IMG/VR virus record: IMGVR_UViG_2695420821_000010
Span: 1-38,726 of that record
DNA: 38,726 nucleotides
Origin: a virus
Taxonomy: Duplodnaviria; Heunggongvirae; Uroviricota; Caudoviricetes
Strand: one strand, 5' to 3'
Shown here: piece after piece, positions 1 through 8,296 of the stretch
Layout of the letters: each line of letters begins with the position of its first letter
Position numbering within the stretch: the first letter of the stretch is position 1
The notes under the pieces: model-generated
The model's input: the letters and a program-made list of their open reading frames with translations, nothing else
Told to the model about the DNA's origin: nothing
Databases searched by the model: none
Program-made: the position numbers and the translations under genes

Positions 1-1362
1 ATGTTTAAACCGGAACTCCTTTCCCCGGCGGGAACGCTGAAAAATATGCGTTACGCTTTCGCTTATGGCGCAGATGCTGTTTATGCGGGCCAGCCGCGTT
101 ATTCCCTGCGTGTGCGCAACAACGAATTCAACCACGAAAATCTTCAGCTCGGCATCAATGAAGCCCACGCGCTGGGGAAAAAGTTTTATGTCGTGGTCAA
201 CATTGCACCGCACAACGCCAAGCTGAAAACCTTTATCCGTGACCTGAAACCGGTGGTGGAAATGGGGCCGGATGCGCTGATTATGTCCGATCCAGGGCTG
301 ATTATGCTGGTGCGTGAGCACTTCCCTGAAATGCCGATCCACCTTTCGGTGCAGGCTAACGCCGTGAACTGGGCGACGGTGAAATTCTGGCAGCAAATGG
401 GCCTGACCCGCGTGATCCTCTCTCGCGAGCTGTCGCTGGAAGAGATTGAAGAGATCCGCAATCAGGTGCCGGATATGGAGATCGAGATCTTCGTTCACGG
501 CGCGCTGTGCATGGCCTACTCCGGTCGCTGCCTGCTCTCTGGCTATATCAACAAGCGCGACCCGAACCAGGGCACCTGCACCAACGCCTGCCGCTGGGAG
601 TACAACGTCCAGGAAGGGAAAGAAGATGATGTTGGCAACATCGTACACAAGTACGAGCCGATTCCGGTGCAAAATGTTGAGCCGACGCTGGGTATCGGCG
701 CACCAACCGACAAAGTGTTTATGATCGAAGAGGCCCAGCGTCCGGGCGAGTATATGACCGCGTTTGAAGATGAGCACGGCACTTACATCATGAACTCGAA
801 AGATCTGCGCGCCATCGCCCATGTAGAACGCCTGACCAAAATGGGCGTGCATTCGCTGAAAATCGAAGGTCGTACCAAATCTTTCTACTATTGTGCACGC
901 ACCGCACAGGTTTACCGCAAAGCTATCGATGACGCCGCTGCGGGAAAACCGTTCGATACCAGCCTGCTGGAAACTCTGGAAGGTCTGGCGCATCGTGGCT
1001 ATACCGAAGGTTTCCTGCGTCGTCATACTCACGACGATTATCAGAACTACGAATACGGTTATTCAGTTTCTGACCGCCAGCAGTTTGTTGGTGAGTTTAC
1101 CGGTGAGCGCAAGGGGGACCTCGCGGCGGTAGCGGTGAAAAATAAATTCTCCGTTGGCGACAGCCTTGAGCTGATGACGCCGCAAGGCAACATTAATTTT
1201 ACCCTTGAGCACATGGAAAACGCCAAAGGCGAAGCTATGCCGATAGCACCAGGCGATGGTTATACTGTGTGGCTCCCGGTCCCGCAGGATCTTGAGCTCA
1301 ATTACGCGCTGCTGATGCGTAATTTCTCCGGGGAAACCACGCGTAATCCCCACGGTAAGTGA
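1..1362 (+). CDS. yegQ: U32-family peptidase-like protein YegQ (tRNA hydroxylation protein); host gene flanking the prophage
   Basis: 453-aa ORF from position 1; sequence recognised as E. coli YegQ, with Cys-rich CxxxC region typical of U32 family; precedes cyaR as in E. coli K-12. Confidence 0.9.
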   Translation: MFKPELLSPAGTLKNMRYAFAYGADAVYAGQPRYSLRVRNNEFNHENLQLGINEAHALGKKFYVVVNIAPHNAKLKTFIRDLKPVVEMGPDALIMSDPGLIMLVREHFPEMPIHLSVQANAVNWATVKFWQQMGLTRVILSRELSLEEIEEIRNQVPDMEIEIFVHGALCMAYSGRCLLSGYINKRDPNQGTCTNACRWEYNVQEGKEDDVGNIVHKYEPIPVQNVEPTLGIGAPTDKVFMIEEAQRPGEYMTAFEDEHGTYIMNSKDLRAIAHVERLTKMGVHSLKIEGRTKSFYYCARTAQVYRKAIDDAAAGKPFDTSLLETLEGLAHRGYTEGFLRRHTHDDYQNYEYGYSVSDRQQFVGEFTGERKGDLAAVAVKNKFSVGDSLELMTPQGNINFTLEHMENAKGEAMPIAPGDGYTVWLPVPQDLELNYALLMRNFSGETTRNPHGK

Positions 1363-1446
1363 TTAATTTCGATTATTTTTCCCGGATGGAAAATTCTTAG
1401 AAACCGATCACATACAGCTGCATTTATTAAGGTTATCATCCGTTTC

Positions 1447-1533
1447 GCTGAAAAACATAACCCATAAAATGCTAGCTGTACCAGGAACCACCTCCTTAGC
1501 CTGTGTAATCTCCCTTACACGGGCTTATTTTTT
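1447..1533 (+). ncRNA. cyaR: CyaR (RyeE) small regulatory RNA; its 3' terminator overlaps the prophage att core
   Basis: Sequence GCTGAAAAACATAACCCATAAAATGCTAGCTGTACCAGGAACCACCTCCTTAGCCTGTGTAATCTCCCTTACACGGGCTTATTTTTT recognised from memory as cyaR; ends in hairpin plus T-run; located between yegQ and ogr as in K-12. Confidence 0.75.
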
Positions 1534-1534
1534 A
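1507..1534. other. Prophage attachment core (ogr-proximal copy), P2-type 27-28 bp core
   Basis: AATCTCCCTTACACGGGCTTATTTTTTA is repeated exactly at approx 38224-38251; it is the reverse complement of the P2 att core AAAAAATAAGCCCGTGTAAGGGAGATT as I recall it. Confidence 0.75.
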
Positions 1535-1595
1535 CGCGTAATACAATGAAATAAAAGGATTTATTTCTGGTCACGTCCACACATTGACCACATCG

Positions 1596-1630
1596 ACAAA
1601 AAAGCCCCTCGACTGAGGGGCTTTCTGTTT
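1596..1630. terminator. Bidirectional rho-independent terminator downstream of ogr
   Basis: AAAAAAGCCCCTCGACTGAGGGGCTTTCTGTTT: 8-bp GC-rich stem (AGCCCCTC/GAGGGGCT), 4-nt loop, flanked by A-run and T-run; lies immediately 3' of the ogr stop on the minus strand. Confidence 0.6.
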
Positions 1631-1634
1631 GTAA

Positions 1635-1853
1635 TTACATCCACATAATTTGCTGCCCTGACGGCAACGGGTGCGGCCTCACGGCGTGGACTTCTCCCGG
1701 CTTCACGATGTATCGCTGTACCGACTCATAAGTGATGAACGTGGCGCTGCAATTCACGTTCTGACACTGGTGATAACGCTCTTTTGTCGTGTCAGTGATA
1801 TAGCGACTTGTACGCGCATGTGCGGCATGCTGGCATAAAGGACAATGAAACAT
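1635..1853 (-). CDS. ogr: Ogr zinc-finger late-gene transcription activator (72 aa); ORF-track N-terminal extension rejected
   Basis: MFHCPLCQHAAHARTSRYITDTTKERYHQCQNVNCSATFITYESVQRY... matches P2 Ogr/OgrK with CxxC...CxxxxC zinc-binding motif; start placed at the internal Met of ORF 1635..1928. Confidence 0.88.
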   Translation of the reverse strand: MFHCPLCQHAAHARTSRYITDTTKERYHQCQNVNCSATFITYESVQRYIVKPGEVHAVRPHPLPSGQQIMWM

Positions 1854-1934
1854 CGCGAGCACCTCTTCCGGTTTTGTTAATGGTGCCATTTTAGTTAATT
1901 TATCATTATAAAACAAATAGATAAACAATAGACA

Positions 1935-3098
1935 TCACTCATCATCTTCTGTTTCGTACTCCACATCAGAAAGCCTGACCTCAAGCTCTAAGGACGTCGT
2001 GAAGCCGCTATTATTCAGAAAATGTGCCACCTTAGTGATTGTCCAGTCCTGCTCGTCTATGACGCGCTTAAAGCCTGACACTTTAACCGGTGTTTCCGTG
2101 TAAATATCTGCCCGACCGGTAGCCAGGCTGATGGAGAACTCCGCGACGCCCCGTTGCAGTTTGTCCCACTTCGCCTGAGCGGCGCGCATGGCCTGCGCTT
2201 TTGTGGCATATACCGTAGTCAGGGCAAAAACGTTGTCAGCTTCACCGGCCATGTATTCACCTTCGCGCGCTTCCGGTACTTTTGGCGCTTTCTTCTGCGT
2301 GACCGGTTTCGCTTTCGGGTGCTCCAGTGCGCGCAGGTGTTTTTCTTTCTTTTTGCGTTTCAGTTTTACCTTCTGCTTTTGCGGCTTCGGGTCTTTGGTG
2401 TGTAACCACTTTGCCGTTACGCCGGTATAAGCTCCACGGTCAACAATCGCAAAATGATGACGGTCGCCGTCGCTGCGGGTGATGGTAATCTGCGGGATTT
2501 TTTTACCGCTGGCCGTCACCCCCTGCCCCGCTTTGAGAAACAGCAGTTTTCCCATTTTTACCGACACCTCACCGCCGTTGCGTTCAGCAAGGCGGGTCAG
2601 GAATTTTGCATCAGACTCCTGCGACTGGTCGATGTGCGGGATTTTAATTCCGGCCAGTGACGGAGCGACACTGGCTTCCAGCTTGTTACGGGAGGCTATC
2701 GCCTCAACAATCGCACCGAGCGTGGTGTCATGCCAGGAGCCTTCCCGGCGGGAATTGAGCGTCCCGCGAAAATCTGCACTCCGGGCGCGGATGGTAACCA
2801 CATCCGGCGCGCCCCGGTGTTCAACCTCATCAACGGTAAATTTCCCTTTGCATACCAGGGCAAAACCTTTCCAGCCGATATACACCGTCAGGACAGCGCC
2901 ACGAACCGGCAGTCCGACCTGCCCGTCGGCATCGTTCAGTTCAATATCAAGCTGGTCAGCCTCAAAGCCCCGGTTATCCGTCAGAGTCATGCTCATCAGA
3001 CGGTCGCTGATATTGCCGGTAATATCCCTGCTGTCGAGCATCAGCATGTAATCCGGCGTCAGCGTACTGCCTGCATCAAATGTCAGCGCATCCAGCAT
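1935..3098 (-). CDS. D: Tail protein D (late control/tail formation, gpD)
   Basis: 387-aa ORF directly upstream of ogr; synteny U-D-ogr as in P2; sequence recognised as gpD family. Confidence 0.9.
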   Translation of the reverse strand: MLDALTFDAGSTLTPDYMLMLDSRDITGNISDRLMSMTLTDNRGFEADQLDIELNDADGQVGLPVRGAVLTVYIGWKGFALVCKGKFTVDEVEHRGAPDVVTIRARSADFRGTLNSRREGSWHDTTLGAIVEAIASRNKLEASVAPSLAGIKIPHIDQSQESDAKFLTRLAERNGGEVSVKMGKLLFLKAGQGVTASGKKIPQITITRSDGDRHHFAIVDRGAYTGVTAKWLHTKDPKPQKQKVKLKRKKKEKHLRALEHPKAKPVTQKKAPKVPEAREGEYMAGEADNVFALTTVYATKAQAMRAAQAKWDKLQRGVAEFSISLATGRADIYTETPVKVSGFKRVIDEQDWTITKVAHFLNNSGFTTSLELEVRLSDVEYETEDDE

Positions 3099-3577
3099 TA
3101 TCCCGCCCCCGTCATACCTGTGAATCTGGTCGCCATACTGCCGGCCTTACCGATGAGCGACTCCGCCTGTTTACCGATATCGCCATAAAGCGCGGCCAGT
3201 GATTCATCAACGCGGGTGAGCGACAGCGTAAAATCAATTTTCCGGGGTGTGCCGTCTGCAAAGAAAATACTCCCTGTTTCACTCACCTTGCTGATGACAT
3301 ACATGCCGTAAATCATGCCGGTGCCATCCAGCAATGGCCACGCCCGGCCTTCATCTGCCATCAGCCTGAGCGTGGTCATCGTCAGCTTTCCGCCGGTCAG
3401 TTCGGGATAAAGCACACCGGCAAGCGTCATGTTTTCCTCGCCAACACCGAGAAACTGGTAGGCATCCCGTTTACCGATACGGGAATTTGACGGCCAGCGA
3501 TAATCTGATTCACGCTGCATGGTCTGGTGTGGCAGCGTCTGGCGCATAAAAACAAACATACCTAACGCGAGCATCAT
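3098..3577 (-). CDS. U: Tail protein U (gpU)
   Basis: 159-aa ORF overlapping D start by 1 nt; P2 order T-U-D. Confidence 0.88.
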   Translation of the reverse strand: MMLALGMFVFMRQTLPHQTMQRESDYRWPSNSRIGKRDAYQFLGVGEENMTLAGVLYPELTGGKLTMTTLRLMADEGRAWPLLDGTGMIYGMYVISKVSETGSIFFADGTPRKIDFTLSLTRVDESLAALYGDIGKQAESLIGKAGSMATRFTGMTGAG

Positions 3578-3591
3578 TTTTAGTCACCTCC

Positions 3592-6039
3592 TTAACCGTC
3601 ATGCATCATGCTGGCACGGGCGCGCGCACGTTTATCCCGCTCGTATTTTTCGAGCGCATCCTGTAACTGGCGGTCGAGCTGTGTCCCCGGCGCAGTACCA
3701 CCCGTCAGGCTGATGTGATATTCGTTTTTACTCTGGTCTACATAAGAGCGGCCAGCAGGTGCCGTGACCGGCTGATAAGCCTGATAACCTGCATAAGAGC
3801 TGGTCGCCGGAATATAACCACCGCTGCCATACGTGGCGGCTTGAGTTCTGGCGGCGGTCTGGTCAAGTGTGTCTGACTCTTTGTTGATAACACCGAGTTT
3901 TTCCAGTACCCAGTCAATACCACTGCGCAGTTTGTTGAACGCATTAAGCGGCAGCATCAGCGCGTCAGCCAGTGCCTGCCCGAACATGACGCCCGTGTCA
4001 CGGCAACGGTTCAGGGTGTCCTGGGTGGCTTTGACCGGGGCAATCAGGTTTTTAAACCACTGCCACGCGGCCTGTAACTTTTCGCCCAGCCAGTCAAACA
4101 CCGGCTTCAGTGGCGTGAACAGTTCCCCCACCGGCGCAAATGCCGCTTTCAGCCCTTCAACCACACCGCCAAAGAATGCGCTGACAGGCTCCCAGTATTT
4201 ACGGATAAGCAACGCCCCGGCGACAATGGCGGCCACCACGGCCACAACCGGCCAGCTAATCGCCCCGATGGCGGTCATAACAGCACTGCCAACCGTCGTG
4301 AAGACTGCCCCCATTGCGCCTGCTGCCGCGATGATGGCATTGATGCCAGTGATAACCGGCCAGGCTACAAGACCAATGGCACCGATGATGCCAATAAGCG
4401 CCAGCGCGCCACCGACAATGAGGCCGATGGTTGACGCCAGTGATTTGTTTTTCTGGATCCAGCCGTCGAGTTTTAACACATACTTTGTGGCCGTCTGCGT
4501 GAGCTTACGCAGTGCGCCTTCCTGCTGGTCAAACAGGTCTGTCCCCACCGCCTCATAAGCGGACTGAAACTCCTTAAAGTCACCGCCGAGGTTGTCCTGC
4601 ATGATATTTACCAGCTCGGCAGTCTTCCCGTCTGAGGCTTTAAACGCAGCGGTCAGTTTGTCCAGCTTTCCGGTTGAGGCGGCAGTCATCAGCACAGCGG
4701 CGGCTGAGCTGGCCTCCTCCCCGAAAATGGTTTTCATGTATTCAGCCTGCTGGGCAGTACCGAGCCGGTTTTTCTCAAAACTGGCCTGCATTTCTTTCAG
4801 AATGGTAAATATTGGCCGGGTGTTTCCCTTGCTGTCTGAGGTTTTCACTCCAAGCTCTTTGAGTGCATCCCATGCTTTTCCCGTCGGTGCCTGCAGGCGG
4901 CTTAACACGGCACGGCTTCCCGTCCCCGCCATTGAGCCTGTGATTTTTGCATCATGCAGCGCCCCGACCATTGCGGCGGTTTCTTCAATGCTGACACCGG
5001 CATTTTTTGCCACAGGTGCGGCATAGGTCAGCGCATCGCTCATGCCGTCAAAATCGGCGGCGGTTTTGTTCATCGTCATGGAGAGAACATCCCCGATATG
5101 AGCGACCTTATCGTTTGAAAGCTGAAAGGCGGATTTCATCCCCATCAGCAGGGCGGCGTTTTCTTCCATCGTGCGGCGGTTCGCCAGCGCCATGTTCAGC
5201 GTGACCGGCGTTGCCGCCTGAATGGCATCAACATCCCCACCGGCTTTCGCAATAATAATCTGCGCACCGGCCGCATCATCCGCCGAGGCGGCGGTATTGT
5301 CGCCGAGCTGGCGCGCCTGTTTGCGTAGTGCGGTCATTTCGGCGGAGTCTTTTGCCACTCCGAGCACGGCCTGCAATTCTGAGTTTTTCTGCGCAAACTC
5401 ATAACCGGGCATCAGCAACTTAACTCCGGCCATCGTTCCCGCCGCCGCAATCCCCACACCGGCAGCACCCACTGAGGCCATATTTCCGGCCAGTTCCTTG
5501 CCTGCCTGATAACGCTGTTTTACTGCGTTAAGTTTTGCCTGTTGCGCACTGACACGCGCCAGCGCGTCACGCTGACGGTTAAGCTGTGCGGTGGTTTCAC
5601 TGATACGGTTTTTCAGTCCCTGCTCATCATGTGCAAGATTGCGGGTATTAATTCCCACAACGGCCAGTTCCCGCTGCTGGCGTTTAACGGAATCCGTCAG
5701 GCGGTTATATTTCGCCTGTAAGTCCTCCGCCGCACGCTTTGCGGATTCCAGCACTTTCGCCTGAGCACGGGTCGGACGTTCAGTGTTTTTAAACTGTGTG
5801 GCAAGGGCTTCGGCCTCCTGCCGTGCCTTTTCAAGTGCATGACCAGTCACGGCAAGCTGTGCACTGGTCTTGCGAAATCCCTCAATACGGGATGCCTGAC
5901 CGTTCAGCTCGCGCAGTGATTTTTGTGTTTCCCGGATATCCCCCGACAGCGACTTACTCGCTGTGCGGATGGATTTAAACGGGCGGGATGCCTGGTCAAC
6001 AGCCCTGAGCAATACCTGTAATTTTACATTGTTACTCAT
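3592..6039 (-). CDS. T: Tail tape measure protein (gpT)
   Basis: 815-aa ORF, Ala/Gln-rich coiled-coil N-terminus, Gly/Ala-rich membrane-like stretch, downstream of E/E' as in P2. Confidence 0.9.
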   Translation of the reverse strand: MSNNVKLQVLLRAVDQASRPFKSIRTASKSLSGDIRETQKSLRELNGQASRIEGFRKTSAQLAVTGHALEKARQEAEALATQFKNTERPTRAQAKVLESAKRAAEDLQAKYNRLTDSVKRQQRELAVVGINTRNLAHDEQGLKNRISETTAQLNRQRDALARVSAQQAKLNAVKQRYQAGKELAGNMASVGAAGVGIAAAGTMAGVKLLMPGYEFAQKNSELQAVLGVAKDSAEMTALRKQARQLGDNTAASADDAAGAQIIIAKAGGDVDAIQAATPVTLNMALANRRTMEENAALLMGMKSAFQLSNDKVAHIGDVLSMTMNKTAADFDGMSDALTYAAPVAKNAGVSIEETAAMVGALHDAKITGSMAGTGSRAVLSRLQAPTGKAWDALKELGVKTSDSKGNTRPIFTILKEMQASFEKNRLGTAQQAEYMKTIFGEEASSAAAVLMTAASTGKLDKLTAAFKASDGKTAELVNIMQDNLGGDFKEFQSAYEAVGTDLFDQQEGALRKLTQTATKYVLKLDGWIQKNKSLASTIGLIVGGALALIGIIGAIGLVAWPVITGINAIIAAAGAMGAVFTTVGSAVMTAIGAISWPVVAVVAAIVAGALLIRKYWEPVSAFFGGVVEGLKAAFAPVGELFTPLKPVFDWLGEKLQAAWQWFKNLIAPVKATQDTLNRCRDTGVMFGQALADALMLPLNAFNKLRSGIDWVLEKLGVINKESDTLDQTAARTQAATYGSGGYIPATSSYAGYQAYQPVTAPAGRSYVDQSKNEYHISLTGGTAPGTQLDRQLQDALEKYERDKRARARASMMHDG

Positions 6040-6459
6040 TCGTGTTTCCGCTTCGCCTGAGCGCCTTTTCGCGCCATGTGATGAGTTCGGTCAGGCTCAT
6101 GGGATACAGTTCTGATGGCGGCCAGTGAAATACCACTGCCACATCCGCCATCAGGTCATCGACCGAGAGATTTTTCGGAAACGTCACTGCACCGAGTTCG
6201 GCGACAAAAAACCGACCACCTTACCGGCCAGCGCCACAAGGTCAGGCAGTTCCAGTGCGGCGACCTCCTGCTCGGTCAGCATCGGTGCCGTCATGCGCGG
6301 CAGCACCTTAATCAGTGCATCGACTTCGGAGTTCGCGACCGCTGCCAGACTGACACCGCGCAGCGTCCCCGCACTGGGTTTCATCAGCGTGACCTGTTCG
6401 ATAACCTGCTCACCACGCTTGACCGGATTGTCCAGGGTAATCACATTTTCTTTGTTCAT
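6032..6459 (-). CDS. E+E': Tail assembly chaperone E+E' produced by programmed -1 ribosomal frameshift (slippery site approx 6205-6211)
   Basis: Minus-strand slippery heptamer T TTT TTG inside E (codons GFL); hand translation of the -1 frame runs to a TAA at approx 6032-6034, overlapping the T start, as in the P2 E/E' arrangement. Confidence 0.7.
6184..6459 (-). CDS. E: Tail assembly chaperone E (gpE, 91 aa)
   Basis: 91-aa ORF between FII and T; sequence and size match P2 gpE. Confidence 0.88.
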   Translation of the reverse strand: MNKENVITLDNPVKRGEQVIEQVTLMKPSAGTLRGVSLAAVANSEVDALIKVLPRMTAPMLTEQEVAALELPDLVALAGKVVGFLSPNSVQ

Positions 6460-6486
6460 GGTTTTCTCACTTCTGAATCAGGGTTA

Positions 6487-6507
6487 ACCGGTCAGCCTGG
6501 CTGACCG
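6487..6507. promoter_or_regulatory. Perfect palindrome/hairpin in the FII-E intergenic region (possible attenuator or RNA processing/stability element)
   Basis: CCGGTCAGCC-T-GGCTGACCGG, 10-bp inverted arms; repeated identically at approx 12359-12379 in the duplicated copy. Confidence 0.4.
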
Positions 6508-6515
6508 GATGAAAA

Positions 6516-7034
6516 TCACAGGCCGATATTGCGGCGGTGTTGCTCCAGCCGGTCGACGCCGTTCACCTTCTCAATCATGTTGATGGTGTCGATTTCGACC
6601 AGCTCCTTACCGTCCATCGTCAGCCGGAAATAGGTGCAGACCACGGAGATTTTCGACTCGGTGTCTTCTCCCTGTTTGCCCTCGCCGGTGTCGATTTCTT
6701 TCTGACGTCCACGCATGACCACCTCGACGGCCACCGTTTCGCCGGTATCGTCGCGCTGGTAAGAGCCTGCAAAACGAATCGGTACGGCATCCACACCGGT
6801 TGCGGCGTAAAGCTCCCAGATAACCGAATCCGGGAAGCCACCGAGCGACCACTCCATTGACAGCGCATCGTCATCAAGGCCGAGGTCTACCGGTGCGCTG
6901 CCGTTCATCCCCGCACCGCGATAGTTTTCGAGCTTACGGGTCAGTTTTGGTAGCGTGACGGACTTCGCGACGCCCTGATAGCTGTAGCCGTTCAGAAAGA
7001 CGTTCATTAACTTGAGTTTGCGCGGCATTGCCAT
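6516..7034 (-). CDS. FII: Tail tube protein FII
   Basis: 172-aa ORF; sequence recognised as P2 gpFII; follows sheath gene FI. Confidence 0.92.
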   Translation of the reverse strand: MAMPRKLKLMNVFLNGYSYQGVAKSVTLPKLTRKLENYRGAGMNGSAPVDLGLDDDALSMEWSLGGFPDSVIWELYAATGVDAVPIRFAGSYQRDDTGETVAVEVVMRGRQKEIDTGEGKQGEDTESKISVVCTYFRLTMDGKELVEIDTINMIEKVNGVDRLEQHRRNIGL

Positions 7035-7046
7035 CGGTCAGGCTCC

Positions 7047-8237
7047 TTAATTGCTGTTAACCGAAGTGACCAGATTTGCCAGGTATTTATCGGTAATACG
7101 CTGGCGCAGGGTCAGGTTTTCAAGAGGAGGCACCGGTGTATAGTCGTAGTCGATATACAGTTTTCCGGCCTTGAGGGTTTCCGCATCGTTGGATTCTTCG
7201 CTAAACCAGCAGGTCGCATCCACGATATAGCCGTTTGTTTTCAGCTCACGGAATTTGGCATTGATGCCGTCAACGATGTCACGAATCAGCGTTGCGGTGA
7301 TGGGCTTGTCCACCGCCCACATGTGCGCCTCAGCCATCGTGTCGGCCAGCACCTGCGCGGTGCGGGTATAGTTTTCAAAGAGGAACAGCGGGTCATCAGA
7401 GCAGGTACGGTTACCCCAGAAGCGGAAACCGTCGCGGCGAATCAGCGTTGTGACGCCTGACTCGTTAAGCAGGTCAGCATCGGTGCCGGACTCCTGCAAA
7501 TCCCAGAATACAGATGCGCTGATGCCGGTAACACCATTCACCCCGACATTGGACAGCGTTTTATGCCAGCCCTGCTCCTGGTCGATTTTAGCGCGCAGAC
7601 CCAGCGCACGGGCGGTGGCATACGCGGTGGCGGTGGTACTGGTGACCGTATCCCATGCGAGGAAATCCGGCCAGATGACCATCAGCTCACGCTGGCTGAA
7701 ATTCTGGCGGTAGGCTTTCACCTCGGAAATGGTTTTACAGTCCCATGCGCTGATATACCCGAAAGCGCGCAGCTTCTGACAGACTGATGCCAGTGCAACA
7801 GCCACCTCTTTGGTGTCCAGTCCCGGCACGCCGAGAATACGCGGTTTAACACCGGTTACCGACTCTGCCGCCAGCAGGGCTTTCAGTCCGGTGTACTGAC
7901 CGTTTTCGTCGGTGGTGCCGATGATATTGGAAACGGTCTGCGCGAGTTTCGTTTCTTCGTCGTCGCCGGTGCCGTCTTCCACACGCACGACTACGGTGAC
8001 CGGTTTTGACTGGTCAGCGATGGCCTGTAACGACGCCGCCAGCGTGCCTTTTTTACCGGCCTTTGCAATTGCACTCTGCACATTGGTAATCAGCACCGGT
8101 TTATTGAGGGGGAAGGTTTCCGCATCCGCATCGCTGGCCGTGCAGACCATGCCGACAATGGCAGTGGATACGGTGGAAATGACGCGGGTGCCGTCGTTAA
8201 TCTCCAGCACCTGCACGCCGTGATGATAGTCACTCAT
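7047..8237 (-). CDS. FI: Contractile tail sheath protein FI
   Basis: 396-aa ORF; sequence recognised as P2 gpFI sheath; FI-FII-E-T synteny. Confidence 0.92.
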   Translation of the reverse strand: MSDYHHGVQVLEINDGTRVISTVSTAIVGMVCTASDADAETFPLNKPVLITNVQSAIAKAGKKGTLAASLQAIADQSKPVTVVVRVEDGTGDDEETKLAQTVSNIIGTTDENGQYTGLKALLAAESVTGVKPRILGVPGLDTKEVAVALASVCQKLRAFGYISAWDCKTISEVKAYRQNFSQRELMVIWPDFLAWDTVTSTTATAYATARALGLRAKIDQEQGWHKTLSNVGVNGVTGISASVFWDLQESGTDADLLNESGVTTLIRRDGFRFWGNRTCSDDPLFLFENYTRTAQVLADTMAEAHMWAVDKPITATLIRDIVDGINAKFRELKTNGYIVDATCWFSEESNDAETLKAGKLYIDYDYTPVPPLENLTLRQRITDKYLANLVTSVNSN

Positions 8238-8296
8238 CCGTTTAACTCCGTGGTTAATGGGTGAGTGATATTTTCAGTTGTGCCGGAGATGTCAGG

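Noticed and set aside
1854-1928. N-terminal extension of the ogr ORF (MFIYLFYNDKLTKMAPLTKPEEVLA)
   Set aside because: Ogr is a 72-aa protein starting MFHCPLCQ; the extension is read from AT-rich promoter DNA.
2154-3188. Plus-strand ORFs of 68-190 aa overlapping gene D
   Set aside because: Antisense shadow ORFs within gpD; compositionally biased translations; synteny leaves no room for extra genes.
3869-5404. Several plus-strand ORFs of 60-229 aa inside the tape-measure gene T
   Set aside because: They are antisense to a well-supported 815-aa gene, have Ala/Ser/Thr/Pro-rich low-complexity translations typical of reverse frames in GC-rich coding DNA, and have no RBS context.
6115-6504. 129-aa and 120-aa plus-strand ORFs over gene E (also in copy 2)
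   Set aside because: Antisense to gpE; the only real overlapping coding feature here is the E' -1 frame on the minus strand.
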